A stretch of 39,220 nucleotides of DNA, counting the filler, from Cladosporium halotolerans (lineage: Eukaryota), in NCBI RefSeq assembly GCF_011745625.1. It is 2 parts of 2 records of this genome, joined end to end, with 100 filler letters (N's around TTAATTAATTAA, not from the genome) between each part and the next. Parts side by side here need not be neighbours in the genome. Positions count along the whole stretch, not along the records: positions 1 to 19,634 come from NW_027191548.1; positions 19,735 to 39,220 come from NW_027191549.1. One strand, 5' to 3'. Shown here one piece after another: positions 12,820-23,599 of this stretch. A program made the position numbers and the translations under genes. The notes beneath the pieces are model-generated. The model saw only the letters and a list, made by a program, of their open reading frames with translations, did no database searches and was not told where the DNA came from. Each line of letters starts with the position of its first letter. The stretch's first letter is position 1.

Positions 12820-14327
12820 TCAGCCATTGCCTGCGTCGTCATATTCATCGCTGTCGTTGTCATTGTCTTCACTGTCGTCATCAAGTTCGCTCTCGATACT
12901 GCTTTCACTGTCGATCAAGTCGTCTTCCGTACTGTGACTCACGGAACTGTGCCGTCGATTCCTCGCGGGCGTGCATGCCCCCTCCGCCAGCGCCTCAAGC
13001 CATTCGCGCACATCGCTTCCGACCCGTTTCCGGTACGACACGACGTCTTGCTTGCCTTCGAATACCTTTTCTCCGTTCGCGTCGGTCTTGACGGTGCTAG
13101 CAAACTTGACCATTTGAACGATGGAGATGCGATCCAGGATTTCGGCAGCCCAACCAATCATGAGAAACTCTACATCCAGCGGCTTTTGGAACGCTTTCGC
13201 TAGCGCTTGCAGTAGAGGTGGCCATGCGTGCGCGGAGCCATCAGTGTCGGGTGTAGTATCCTCAAATAGGCACGTTTTCCATAGCGAGAGCGACTTGATG
13301 TTGACGAATTTGGATACCAGGGCGAGTATAGTCGGAGGCCGCAGGGTGACGAGGCCGAGGTCGAGAGTTGTGAGGCTGACCCACTGCATCGAAGGGACCG
13401 CCATCTGAGTGTCAGTGGCGCGAGATCCGAGCCACTTGAGGAGCTTCTCTCCATGTTGAGGCGATGTCGCGTTTTCGGACCCGAAGTTCAGGCGTAGGTG
13501 TTCCAGTCCAGGGATCTGGGACAAGAAAACCTTTAGATTGCAGAACGCGGAGTTTGATGAGTCGAGCGGGAGAGCATGATTTCGCTTCTCATTCAAGCTG
13601 AGCAACAGTTTCTTCAAGCCCGAAAGCATGGGAGTCACCTTCCCGCCCAAGTGAGTTTCCAAAGACGTGAAAGCGTAGTCCGGAAGTTGTTGCCGGCGGA
13701 GGAAGACTTCGATATTCTTCGGAGATGCAGATGCATGGCCAAGTGCTTGCAGTATCAGTGGAAGAAGCGCGTTCGGTGAATCATTAGGGGTGTCGCCGAA
13801 CGGCGCTAGCCTCCAGCCATAACTCCTCCACCTCGCATTACTTCCGTCACGTTCACGACCTCGACCATCATAATCGCGAAGACCAACGGTTCGCAGATTT
13901 GGGAGCTTCGAGAAAATTTGAACAAGCAGAGCATGGGCATGCCCCGTCGTCAACAAAATGTCGCGAGGGATGGTTGAAAAGCGCTGATGAGAACTGATGT
14001 CCGACCCAAGGGTGCTGGTGGAGATGATGACTTCTACGTTGGGTTAGTGGTCTGTTTGGTTCATTCTGAACCAACGGCTGTGTGGATACCTGTTAGGTAG
14101 GGGCCCAGTGTCTTGTGGCTGGCGATGCCGTGCAGCGCTTCGAGACTGTGATGTTCGACCATGAATTGGCGCTTCGTGAAGAATTCACGGGCGAAGCTTT
14201 CGAACAGATTTGTCTCGATCCGCTTGCATGTGAGGCGGAGGCTGCCTAAGTTGACGGTGTTGAGGTGATGCGAGACGCGGAGCATGAGTTCGGGCGGGAG
14301 GCGGAGGAGAGGCGCGGTGGCGGCCAT
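12820..14327 (-). CDS. F-box protein with LRR-like C-terminal region and acidic tail
   Basis: N-terminal LLRLPPELMLRVSHHL...LRLTCKRI. Intron 14034-14089 joins in frame to the 378-aa ORF. Confidence 0.85.
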
Positions 14328-14490
14328 GTTGGAGGTGAGCGGACGTGCCGATGAGGTGCTGGTGGCAGGATGGCGGATGGTGGGATTTGATAGGAGGTGA
14401 TGCCACCGCGATGGCGACTGCGCGTTCTTTCGTTATTTATCGCATCGCTTTTGTCGCTTGACCTTCGGCATGTCTGGTCGTCGGCGGCAC

Positions 14491-14604
14491 TGAGGCAGCA
14501 TCAAGCGCGCGACCCTTGGATGACTGCCTCAGACGCTGCCTGTGCTGCCTCACCAGAGCCGCACGGGGCCGCGGCTGCCTGTGAGCACAGACGTGGCTGC
14601 CTCA
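14491..14604. promoter_or_regulatory. Cluster of TGAGGCAG/CTGCCTCA motifs in the divergent F-box/PARP promoter
   Basis: Exact 8-mers at 14491, 14524, 14545 and 14597, plus CTGCCT at 14536 and 14575. Confidence 0.45.
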
Positions 14605-14749
14605 CCGGTCGGCGCGCGACTCGTCGCCCGTCGCGAAGGTCAAAATCCCACGACAACCCATTGAACCCAGAGCTGTCCCATCTTCACCTCTACCTCCTTC
14701 TCACGCCCCTCCAAACCCCCACGCCGCCGCGTGAGACACCACGCACATC

Positions 14750-16993
14750 ATGCCCGTCACCACCCGCCGCAAGCGCCCCGCGACCCCGACCGAAGCCGAC
14801 GCGGAGCCCGCTCCGCCCCGCAAGTCCAGGAGCAGGGCCAAAGTCAATGCGCAGCCGGACGCCGATCAGCAAAACGACGCCTCCGAGGAAGAGAAGAAGA
14901 AGCCTGCGCCCCGCAAAGGGAAAAGTAGAGCATCAGCCAAGGCCTCCACTGGCGACGATGTCGATGGGGATGATTCCACCTCGGCTCCTCCCGTGACACA
15001 AGCTGCGCCCAAGAAGAGCAGAAGCAAGGTCAAAGCCGAACAGCCAGATGACGACCAAAATGGAGATTCCCAGCCTACAGCGAAGAAAGCTGCACCCAGG
15101 AAGAGCAAAACAAAGTTGAAAGTCGAGCCGGTGGACGACGACGATGCTGCAGTCGCCGAGCCCGAGGTTGAGGAAGCCGAAAGCAAACCCAAGATCCAGC
15201 AGGCTCAGGTTGCGAAAGCAGGGACCAGTCAAATTCCCTTGGATGAGGGCTGCCACCTCTGCGGCTACCACGTGTACGTGGATCCGAGCGACGGCCTCAT
15301 CTTTGACGCTTCGTTGAATCAGACCAACGCGAGCGGCAACAACAACAAGTTTTACCGTCTTCAAGTGAGTATCGTCCCACGCTCCATGTTCCCTTCTTCA
15401 CTGACACATCTTTCCAAAGCTTCTCGAGAATGGCTCTGAATACAAGACTTGGACTCGTTGGGGCCGTGTTGGTGAATCTGGGCAACATGCATTGCTTGGT
15501 GCAGGAGGTTTCGATGACGCACTCAAGAACTTCGAGAAGAAGTTCAGAGACAAGTCGGGATTGAAGTGGGCTGATCGCGGAGAGAAACCCAAGCCGGGCA
15601 AGTACGTCTTCGTTGAGCGCAGCTACGAACCGGACAGTGACGAGGAAGGAGAAGACGGCAATGCTGCCACCAAAGCCGGAGCTTCACGCCAGGAGGACGA
15701 CGACTACAAGCCGCCCGAATGCACCCTTCCTCCTCCGGTCAAATCTCTCATGGAACTCATTTTCAACCAGCAATACTTCGAAGCGACAATGGCATCTCTG
15801 AACTACGATGCGAAAAAGCTGCCGCTCGGGAAGCTTAGCAAGGCCACAATCACTCGCGGATATCAGGCACTTAAGGATCTGTCTGACCTCCTCGAAGATT
15901 CAAGCCTGGCTGCCAGCTATAACCTTCCCTTCGGCGCGGCAACGGAGCATCTTTCCAATCTCTACTACTCCACCATTCCTCACGATTTCGGTCGCAATCG
16001 CCCTCCGATCATCCAAACGAACCAACAACTGAAGCGAGAGATTGAGCTTCTCTCCAGTTTGACCGACCTCAAAGACGCGGACTCGATCATGAAGAAGGGA
16101 AAGCAGGCAGAGGATGTGCATCAGCTCGACTCTCGCTTCAAAGGCTTGGGCTTGGAGGAGATGACGCCGCTCGAGCCCAAGAGCGACGAGTTCGCCGGCA
16201 TAAGCGAATACCTTCTGCAGACTTGTGGCAAGACCCACAATGTCAAGTACGAAGTACTCGATGTCTTCAGAATCAAGCGGGAGGGCGAAGATGACAGATT
16301 CATGAAGAGTGAAGATGATAAATCGGATCGCAGACTTTTATGGTATGCTTGTCGTCCTACCATTGACCCTGGAACACCTACTTACACGTATTTGTAGGCA
16401 CGGCAGCAGAGCCACGAACTATGGAGGTACGGCAAGGCGGATCAAGCAAATTCTATGGGATATGTTACACTAACACGTCATGCAGGTATTCTTGGCCAAG
16501 GCCTTCGCATTGCTCCCCCCGAAGCTCCCGTCAACGGCTACATGTTCGACAAAGGCATCTACCTTGCCGACATGTCGTCAAAGTCTGCCAACTATTGCTG
16601 TCCATATGATTCCGGGCGTCACGCACTTCTGCTTCTTTGCGAAGCTGAACTGGGTAACCCAATGCAAGTCTTGACAGGTGCACAGTACAACGCCGGTGCA
16701 ACCGCGAAGGAGCAAGGCTTGATCTCCACCTGGGGCCAGGGATCAACCGCACCGAAGGGATTGAAAGACGCAGGCGTGCTGCATCCCTCTCTAAAGGGTG
16801 TCAGGATGGTGAGTTGTGCTTGACACATGCGACATATCGAAGCTTGTTCGCTAATAACCCCAATTTCTAGCCCGACACCACCGTCTCGCCCGGCTCGACC
16901 AACGTTCCTGGCGCGTACTTGATGTACAACGAGTTCATCTGCTACGATGTATCGCAAGTCCGCTTGCGTTACCTGTTGCGTGTGAAGATGTAA
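14750..16993 (+). CDS. PARP: Poly(ADP-ribose) polymerase (WGR, regulatory and catalytic domains; PrpA/PARP1-like)
   Basis: Motifs NNNKFYRLQ, TRWGRVGE, LPLGKLS, TIPHDFGR, LLWHGSR, GLRIAPPEAP, GYMFDKGIYLAD, YNEFICYD (H-Y-E triad). Introns 15365-15419, 16343-16397, 16427-16485 and 16809-16870. Confidence 0.95.
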
Positions 16994-17846
16994 ACGGAGG
17001 GTAATTGGTTCTTTCGCATAATCATGGCGGGCGTTTGCCGCACGGCAGGAGTTCCGCATTGCTGGTGACAATCAAGGGGAGCTTTTGCTACGTCCGAGCG
17101 ATTCGGCAATTCTCTCTAGCGGAGACAGGGAATCTGTTTCTCTCAGCACAGATAGCTGTTCAGTGAAGTTCTCCAGACATGAAGCTCTTAGCTCTCCACT
17201 TGCGAAAATTGGTCGTACGCCTTGTAGACGAGAATTCTCAATCTTCGCCTGACTCTTTGCTACCGCCATGAAGTTGTTCAGTCTCGAGAGTGGAGTTTGC
17301 CTTCGCTTATCGATGTCTAAGCGCACTAGCGCGCGACATCTGCAGTCTAGACGCTGACGTGGAAAAAGAAGGGCGCGGAGTACCCAGCAGGCTGTAGAGT
17401 AGGAAAGATGGTAGCTATCATCATGAAACGCACGTTAGAAAATGATGTCAAAAGGGGACACAACACAGAACGTCTTTGCGCGCGTCTACTGGAAACGGAG
17501 CTTCTTCACCAAGCGCGCGTTTACGTGACGAAATATGCGCGTTTGCGGCCTATTGCGGCTGCTAAAACCTCCGTATGAAGATTACTCTGTTTCTTCGCTT
17601 AGAGGCTACTGTTCGTGCAGCCCGCGTCGATTGGTAGGAAGATCTCAGTCGAGATGATCTATTTGTAGCAACAGTCGTCGGGGATCTTCATGCTGAAGGT
17701 ACTTGTATTTATAGCCATGAAAGGTTTCCATGATGAATACGCTCCTGTCTGTAATCTATTGTCCTCCCACGGATCAACCATCGTTAGTGCAGCGTTTTCA
17801 GCCTATCCTTTGCAGTATCTTCCACCAGTTCGACTGCACATAGAAA

Positions 17847-18439
17847 ATGCCATCGAATAAAGACAGACTCTATCTCGCGCTCTATGCACGCGCAGGAAAG
17901 CCGAAAATGCCTGGAAAAGAAGATACGTGCGTGCGAAGCGCCATGATTTCCTCGGGCGCATGCGCTGACTTCGAACCAGATACCACTGGGCTTTGCTGGT
18001 AGGACCCAAGGACCCTTCCGGTGGAGCAAGAGGCGTCCGGTACCATGCAAAAGAGCGCCTCCAGGGAAATGGGAACACCCTGTGGGTCTTCGAAGAAATC
18101 ACCGCGTCTATGTTGGCGACTCAGATGATCCTGGTGCGTATTGCGATTGCAAAAGTGGAAAGCAGGCAAGATGTAGCCAGAAAGTTGCGTCTTGTGCCAG
18201 TCCAACAAGGACAAGAAGGTTGGAACTGCGTCTCATGGGTCAGGGACGCACTGCGAGAGCTTGCGGCTTCCGGAACTGGAATTGGCACCAGTGTCCTCGA
18301 CTGGGACACCGTATGCGCCGCAGCTATGTCGTACTGTCAACAGAAGCGAGACCAGAACCGGTTCAAGGAGGAAGGGGACTTCGACCAGACAGAAGTGGCG
18401 ACTTTCGACCTTATCGAGCAAAAGGAACTGATCCCTTGA
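17847..18439 (+). CDS. Conserved fungal hypothetical protein (DUF6914-like)
   Basis: MPSNKDRLYLALYAR exon, intron 17927-17979, then YHWALLVGPK...RYHAKE...WNCVSWVRDAL. Confidence 0.7.
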
Positions 18440-18460
18440 TCAGGCCTAGGCATTGGAGCA

Positions 18461-19273
18461 TCAGAAGTCGCCGAAATATCGCTGTCGAAGGCGCTCCATC
18501 TCAAGAGCCTTGGGGTCTGGGTGTATGAACTTGTCTATCTCGTCTCGCCAGAAGTAGTTCCTAGGATTTACTTGGCAGGCTGTCGTATACTCCCAGTAGG
18601 ATGGGTACCAGCCAGCAGTTTCCCAATCAACGATACCCACAATTTCGTCTCCCCGTGCAAGGATATTGATGCTACTTAGGTCGCCATGCGTGAAGGTGGG
18701 CCCCTCCCACTTCTCATTATGCAGTCGGATTAGCTTTCGCACGTCTGGAGTGTGATTGTCGTGATCCTGTATTCCATCTCGGAGGTAGTCATGGAAGTCG
18801 TGCACGTCATCGAACGGACCGTATCTGATAGTGGCCTTTGGCATGCGTGGATCGTACAAAGAGCCTCCATTAACGCTACAGATTGCCGGGCTCACTGCAC
18901 GCAATTCCTGCATCTCAGCAACGTGTGCCTTCAGACTTGCCAGAAGTTTCGCTCGCGATTCAGGTGTTCTTTGCTGCCAGCCCCGGCCGAGTGCATGCCC
19001 TTGGATCCTTTGCATTACAAGGTATGTGAGGCCTTTGTGCTTGAAAGACATGTACACCTTCGGCACAGGGATATTCGTGCGTTGTGCGATGAACATCATG
19101 GTCTGCGCTTCCATCGGGTCGTGTAGGCTGCCATACTTCACGCAGATATTCTTTGTAAGCATCAATACAGACCCTTTGTGGTCGCAAAAGCGTCTCAGGA
19201 GCGATATTGTTGTCAAAAGGAGATGTTTCTGGAGCCAATTGGGCTTGGGGGCCTCCGGGCATGGGTGTGACAT
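18461..19273 (-). CDS. Aminoglycoside phosphotransferase (APH)-family kinase-like protein
   Basis: Motifs CVKYG, EAQTM, IPVPKV, FTHGDLSSINIL, IVDWETAGWYPSYWEY. Confidence 0.9.
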   Translation of the reverse strand: MSHPCPEAPKPNWLQKHLLLTTISLLRRFCDHKGSVLMLTKNICVKYGSLHDPMEAQTMMFIAQRTNIPVPKVYMSFKHKGLTYLVMQRIQGHALGRGWQQRTPESRAKLLASLKAHVAEMQELRAVSPAICSVNGGSLYDPRMPKATIRYGPFDDVHDFHDYLRDGIQDHDNHTPDVRKLIRLHNEKWEGPTFTHGDLSSINILARGDEIVGIVDWETAGWYPSYWEYTTACQVNPRNYFWRDEIDKFIHPDPKALEMERLRQRYFGDF

Positions 19274-19634
19274 GATGCGATATTGTCTTTTGCGGAAGCC
19301 GTATCAGAGGGGACTCAAGACAATGGCCTGCGGCGAGATATCATCTCTCGAGAGGGTTTCTTCGCAATTCGTGCCTAGTGAGGTGTAGCGCAATATTCCT
19401 AGCTACCTCTCTCCGACGAAGGGGCGAGGTATCAATTGCAAAGAGATAGCGGGCCGGTCCGCGTTCCCTACCCTTTATCCGCAAATTCAGAGGTCGCGGG
19501 AGCTCCCGCTAGCCCTATGAAAATAACTACTTTACTACCTCGCCAAAAGGCAACGGAGGAGAACACTGATCTCCTACTAACCCTAAGGCGGCGCTAACCG
19601 TAAAAGGTTACAGAACTTCCGCTTACATCGACTT

Positions 19635-19734
19635 NNNNNNNNNNNNNNNNNNNNNNNNNNNNNNNNNNNNNNNNNNNNTTAATTAATTAANNNNNNNNNN
19701 NNNNNNNNNNNNNNNNNNNNNNNNNNNNNNNNNN
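19635..19734. other. Artificial 100-bp scaffold linker (N-run, TTAATTAATTAA, N-run)
   Basis: Symmetric N runs surround a palindromic 12-mer at 19679-19690 that places stops in all six frames. Confidence 0.97.
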
Positions 19735-19817
19735 TGCACATGACGCGACATGAATATGAACATAGATTTTTCCCACTGCACATGACATGAACATGGCAAA
19801 ATTATTGGACATGACTG
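19735..19817. mobile_element. Probable DNA-transposon terminus (hAT-like) with ACATGA subterminal repeats
   Basis: Repeated ACATGA/ACATG and a tgcacatgac direct repeat (19735, 19777) end at ttggacatgactg; the reverse strand reads CAGTCATGTCCAA. Lies at the contig edge. Confidence 0.45.
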
Positions 19818-20307
19818 TCGGTGTACTCTCTGATAGCTTCGGTCGTCCATCCGACGAAGATGAGTTAGTGCTTACACTCCTCGATTGCGGGGAAGCCTTG
19901 GAGACTGAACGCGTCCCTCGCCTTGTTACCTGTAGTTCAACAGTATGAGTCTCTTCAATTACCGATGAACGGCTGCGTCGGACAGCCCATAGTCTCCATT
20001 CCTAGCTTCGGAAATTGCAGTGCTTAGATGCACGAGTACATGGAACTCCTTGCCAATACATGCAGTGAGACGCATGATTAGCGCATTATTGCATCGACTT
20101 TATGCGCAGATTTGCAGGGGTTTTTCACATCCCCTAAGGCCGATCAATGAAATATAGCTCACCTGATTTATACATTCGGAAAACGTCGACTTGGAGTCGA
20201 GGCGTAGGATCGCAGCAGTTGTGTCAGTCATATACTACGGGCTTTGTCAGAATCAAGCCTGTTTTCGAGACTCATCTAATCACGAGGCGGCTGGGCTGTT
20301 ACCAATC

Positions 20308-20692
20308 ATGGACATCACGGCAGCAATTGACAGAGTGACACTTTACGTTCAAGAGAATCAGGCGACACTCGCAATAACAACGGCCTCACTTGCGACAATG
20401 GGTTTTCCTGCTATCATAACCACCGCTGTGTTTAGCGCGGCCGGATTGACAGCTAATGGTCCAGTAGCTGGTATGCCTTCTTGCTCTACTGTCGCCTGAT
20501 GACCTTCAGACTGACCACAGGTAAGGAGGCGCTTTTGCCCTGCTGCAGTCCACGGTTGGTGCAACACCAGCAGTGGCGGCAGTTTTGCAAAGTGCAGCGA
20601 TGGGTGGATACGGGATGGCTATTGTCAATGGGGCAGTGCAATCTGGCAGTGCTATCACTGGGGCAGCGGCATTCGTGTATGCAGCGCAGTGA
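20308..20692 (+). CDS. Small Gly/Ala-rich hydrophobic protein of the IFI6/IFI27 (ISG12, Ifi-6-16)-like family
   Basis: AAGLTANGPVAG joined through intron 20471-20525 (AAG acceptor) to GAFALLQS...AVLQSAAMGGYG, matching the G.T..G..AG...QS...A.LQS pattern. Confidence 0.65.
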
Positions 20693-21077
20693 GAGCATCA
20701 CAGACAAGAAAGACAGGTACCAAAGCAAACTCTGGGATAAAGACCGTTGCAAAACTGAACTTTTGGTTCACTGATGTTTGCTTGCTTGTGATTCAGCCTG
20801 AAACATGCCTTCTAATTCATCGACGATCTCATCGTGAAACAGGTCTTCGTCGCGGGAGTTGAAGAATAACTCGTCATTGACATCTTGAAATACCCTCACT
20901 TTCACCTATACTCATTGCAACAAGCTTTTGGAGAATGTCGAAGATGTGCTTTCTCGGCTGGTTGAGGAGAGTCACTGATCGATTTCAACCGTGTACCGTT
21001 TCATGACGTAAGAGACAGCGTGCCAATTTGGTACAATCTTCTGTTGAATCATGAGATATTCTGCTAACTCATTGAGC

Positions 21078-21971
21078 TCACTGCGATTCCAACCATTGAA
21101 TCACGTCTGCTTCCCTCATGACCTTCAAACCGTCAATGCTCAAGTGCTCCGATTCGTACCCCAGCTTGAAAACAACCATGCCATTGCCAAACGTCGCGAG
21201 ATACCGTTTTAGCTGCTTCTTGATCTTGCCATGTACATAAGGGTTGGACTTGAATCCGAACATGTTCTTGTATTCAACCCAATTCGTGCGGAAGCCACAC
21301 AGCCAAGTGGTTTCCAGGAACAACAAATCCGGCGTTGCTTTGACGACGTTGACGAATCCAGCTTCAATACCGAGCCGAATTCTTTGGTTTTGCTGCTCTT
21401 CAGTCATAGAGCCAGGCTGTAACCTTTGCAATTGCGCAATGAAAGCTGTTTCGGCTTCAAGGGCTTGCCGTGCTTTCATCGCCATCTCTACCTTTCGGAT
21501 GTCCTGTCCCTCTTGACTGTTGTCTGGTGGAAGAAGTCTTTTGGCGCCTTCTAGTATGGCGCTGACGATTTTTATATCCAACGTTGTCCCCGTCATTCGA
21601 ATGAGACCTTCGACTGTTGGATTTGCAAATCGAATTTTTCGTGCTTGCTGGAATAATGGCTTGATCACATTTGCTGGAATGCCATTGTATGGGGCCAATT
21701 TGCCTGGTGTATCGAGTGCGACAGGGTGGTCAACAACAAGATTCCGCTCATGTGGGCGTAACACTTGGTTGGTACGGACATGGGCATGCTGTGGGTTGTT
21801 GGCATTGTTTTCCACGTGATACGCAGCAGTGAGCATGTGCTGGTTGAAATGAGCTGGTTCCAGAAAGCCTTTACGACATTTGCGGCACCCCTTGTGGACT
21901 GGTTCTGAACGAATGTGACTCTGTAAAGAAAGCCAAGTAGCGAAATGTTGGTCGCAGCATCTGAGAACCAT
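21078..21971 (-). CDS. Zinc-finger plus TPD-motif (CDIN1/C15orf41-like) PD-(D/E)xK nuclease
   Basis: N-terminal CCDQHF...H..H and CRKCRKGF...H.....H fingers. C-terminal ATPDLLF...NWVEYKNMFG...QLKRYLATFGNGMVVFKLGY. Confidence 0.75.
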   Translation of the reverse strand: MVLRCCDQHFATWLSLQSHIRSEPVHKGCRKCRKGFLEPAHFNQHMLTAAYHVENNANNPQHAHVRTNQVLRPHERNLVVDHPVALDTPGKLAPYNGIPANVIKPLFQQARKIRFANPTVEGLIRMTGTTLDIKIVSAILEGAKRLLPPDNSQEGQDIRKVEMAMKARQALEAETAFIAQLQRLQPGSMTEEQQNQRIRLGIEAGFVNVVKATPDLLFLETTWLCGFRTNWVEYKNMFGFKSNPYVHGKIKKQLKRYLATFGNGMVVFKLGYESEHLSIDGLKVMREADVIQWLESQ

Positions 21972-22933
21972 CTCTGCACGAATCCAATCTTTGTTGCGAA
22001 GCTGAAGCAAGCGTAAGATGATGACGAACTCATTCACATTCAAAAACATGCGTCGCCGGCTGCGCATCTTGGTGTAGTTGACTAGCATGGCCAAGCTCTT
22101 CCCTAGCTTCACATGCGAGGATCACTCAAGAGGCACCATGCGGATGCACATTTCTTACTGATGCCAAGAATCTACCTGAAGGGTTTTCAATAAGTCATGC
22201 ATTGTCTTACGCAAGTATGCGTTGTTACACATTGCAGGACCTTGCCCGCAATTCTGTGTGTTGCGATGGAGCATTTCGGTGGAAGTAAGAGTGGTGGTCC
22301 TACAGCAAATCACATTTCTGACTCCAACCGGCTCTTGATACGAGTGCTGGTGATGTCTTCATCCATCTGAAAAAAACCCTGTGCTTCAGATAGGAGAATC
22401 AAAGCTCGAGGTAGGTAACTTTCGGGAATAGGAGCCGAGCTGAGATGCACTGACAAGCATCATAGCCTGATTGTGCGCGACCGTGAGTGAGAATCGTCTC
22501 ATTTGGTCAAAGTATTTCTTCGCGGATGCTCTGGCAACACCGCATCATTTCTATGCAATGCATGGCGTGAGGATCAAAGTCAGTGTCGTGAGTCATCTGC
22601 AATAACAGTAGGCATGGAATCCGATTGGTGGGGTTAGACTCATCGACCGTTCCCTTCCCATCCTAGCCAGTGGCAGCCTCACCCTGCATGATATGGAATG
22701 CATCTTTTTGATGATGGTTTGCTGGTCATGCGTCTTGACGCTTTGAGTGCGAGAGCTTGAATTGGGCAACGGCCGGAGACCCCTCACGCGAGGCTAGCTT
22801 TCAGCTCTTAGATGTCGTGTCCGGCCTCTCAACCGAACCCAGATTACCCTCTCCACGCAAGAGTGTCTACTAATCTCAAATCTACTCGTCAAAGCCTTGC
22901 GAGCGGTGGCAGACTACTCATGAACCTAAAATT

Positions 22934-23224
22934 TCACACATAGCACATTAATGACTCTACTGCAGGCGCAAGCTCTTGGACGGGCTCGGGCTCAGGCTCG
23001 GGCCCAGGGTCAGGCTTTGGGACAGGCTCAAGCTCAGGCACAATCTCCGACTCTGGTGGAGGATACCCATCGTCGGTGTCCTAAATAAACTCTGGTTTCT
23101 TCACCTTTAATCCAGAAACGTTGATCCGGGCGTAAATGTCTTTACTGATCGCACCCTCCAATAAAGCACCACCCAGGGCTCTTTTGACGTCGCTGATGAT
23201 CTTGGTTTGCTTGGATTTGGACAT
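22934..23224 (-). pseudogene. Small gene or gene fragment with a Pro/Glu repeat, interrupted by an in-frame TAG
   Basis: MSKSKQTKIISDVKRAL...PEFI*DTDDGYPPPESEIVPELEPVPKPDPGPEPEPEPVQE. The frame continues across the TAG at 23081-23083. Confidence 0.45.
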
Positions 23225-23599
23225 TGTACTGTTGTTGCGTCTTGCCAAGTGTATCCGGCTTAGGCAGCGGTGCGGGTTCGGATTGTTCAATAGTGATGAA
23301 TGCTATGCTTCCTTATCCAAAGAGAAGTCCAGCTCAGATATGAGTGGTAAGACAAGCCAAGAGGGTAGAGATGTCTTGACGAAAAATCACTTCCATTCAA
23401 TTTCTCTCATCTGGGTACTTATATAACTGGAGAATAAATTATGGGGTTGAACCAAATCTCTGAACTCGACTCAGAAGGAAAGAACAGTATTAGTCCAGCA
23501 ACGGGTGTTGAATCGTCGAGGCCTGCTATCTAGCACATGCTGGTCAGTGTTGATTTCGCGGAGCTTCGTGGAACGACCATACCCGTCCTTTGGAATCCA

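Noticed and set aside
13868..14074. Suspected frameshift in the F-box gene
   Set aside because: Recounting shows that intron 14034-14089 joins the exons in frame.
19679..19690. Perfect palindrome TTAATTAATTAA as a biological site
   Set aside because: Embedded symmetrically in Ns; a standard all-frame-stop assembly spacer.
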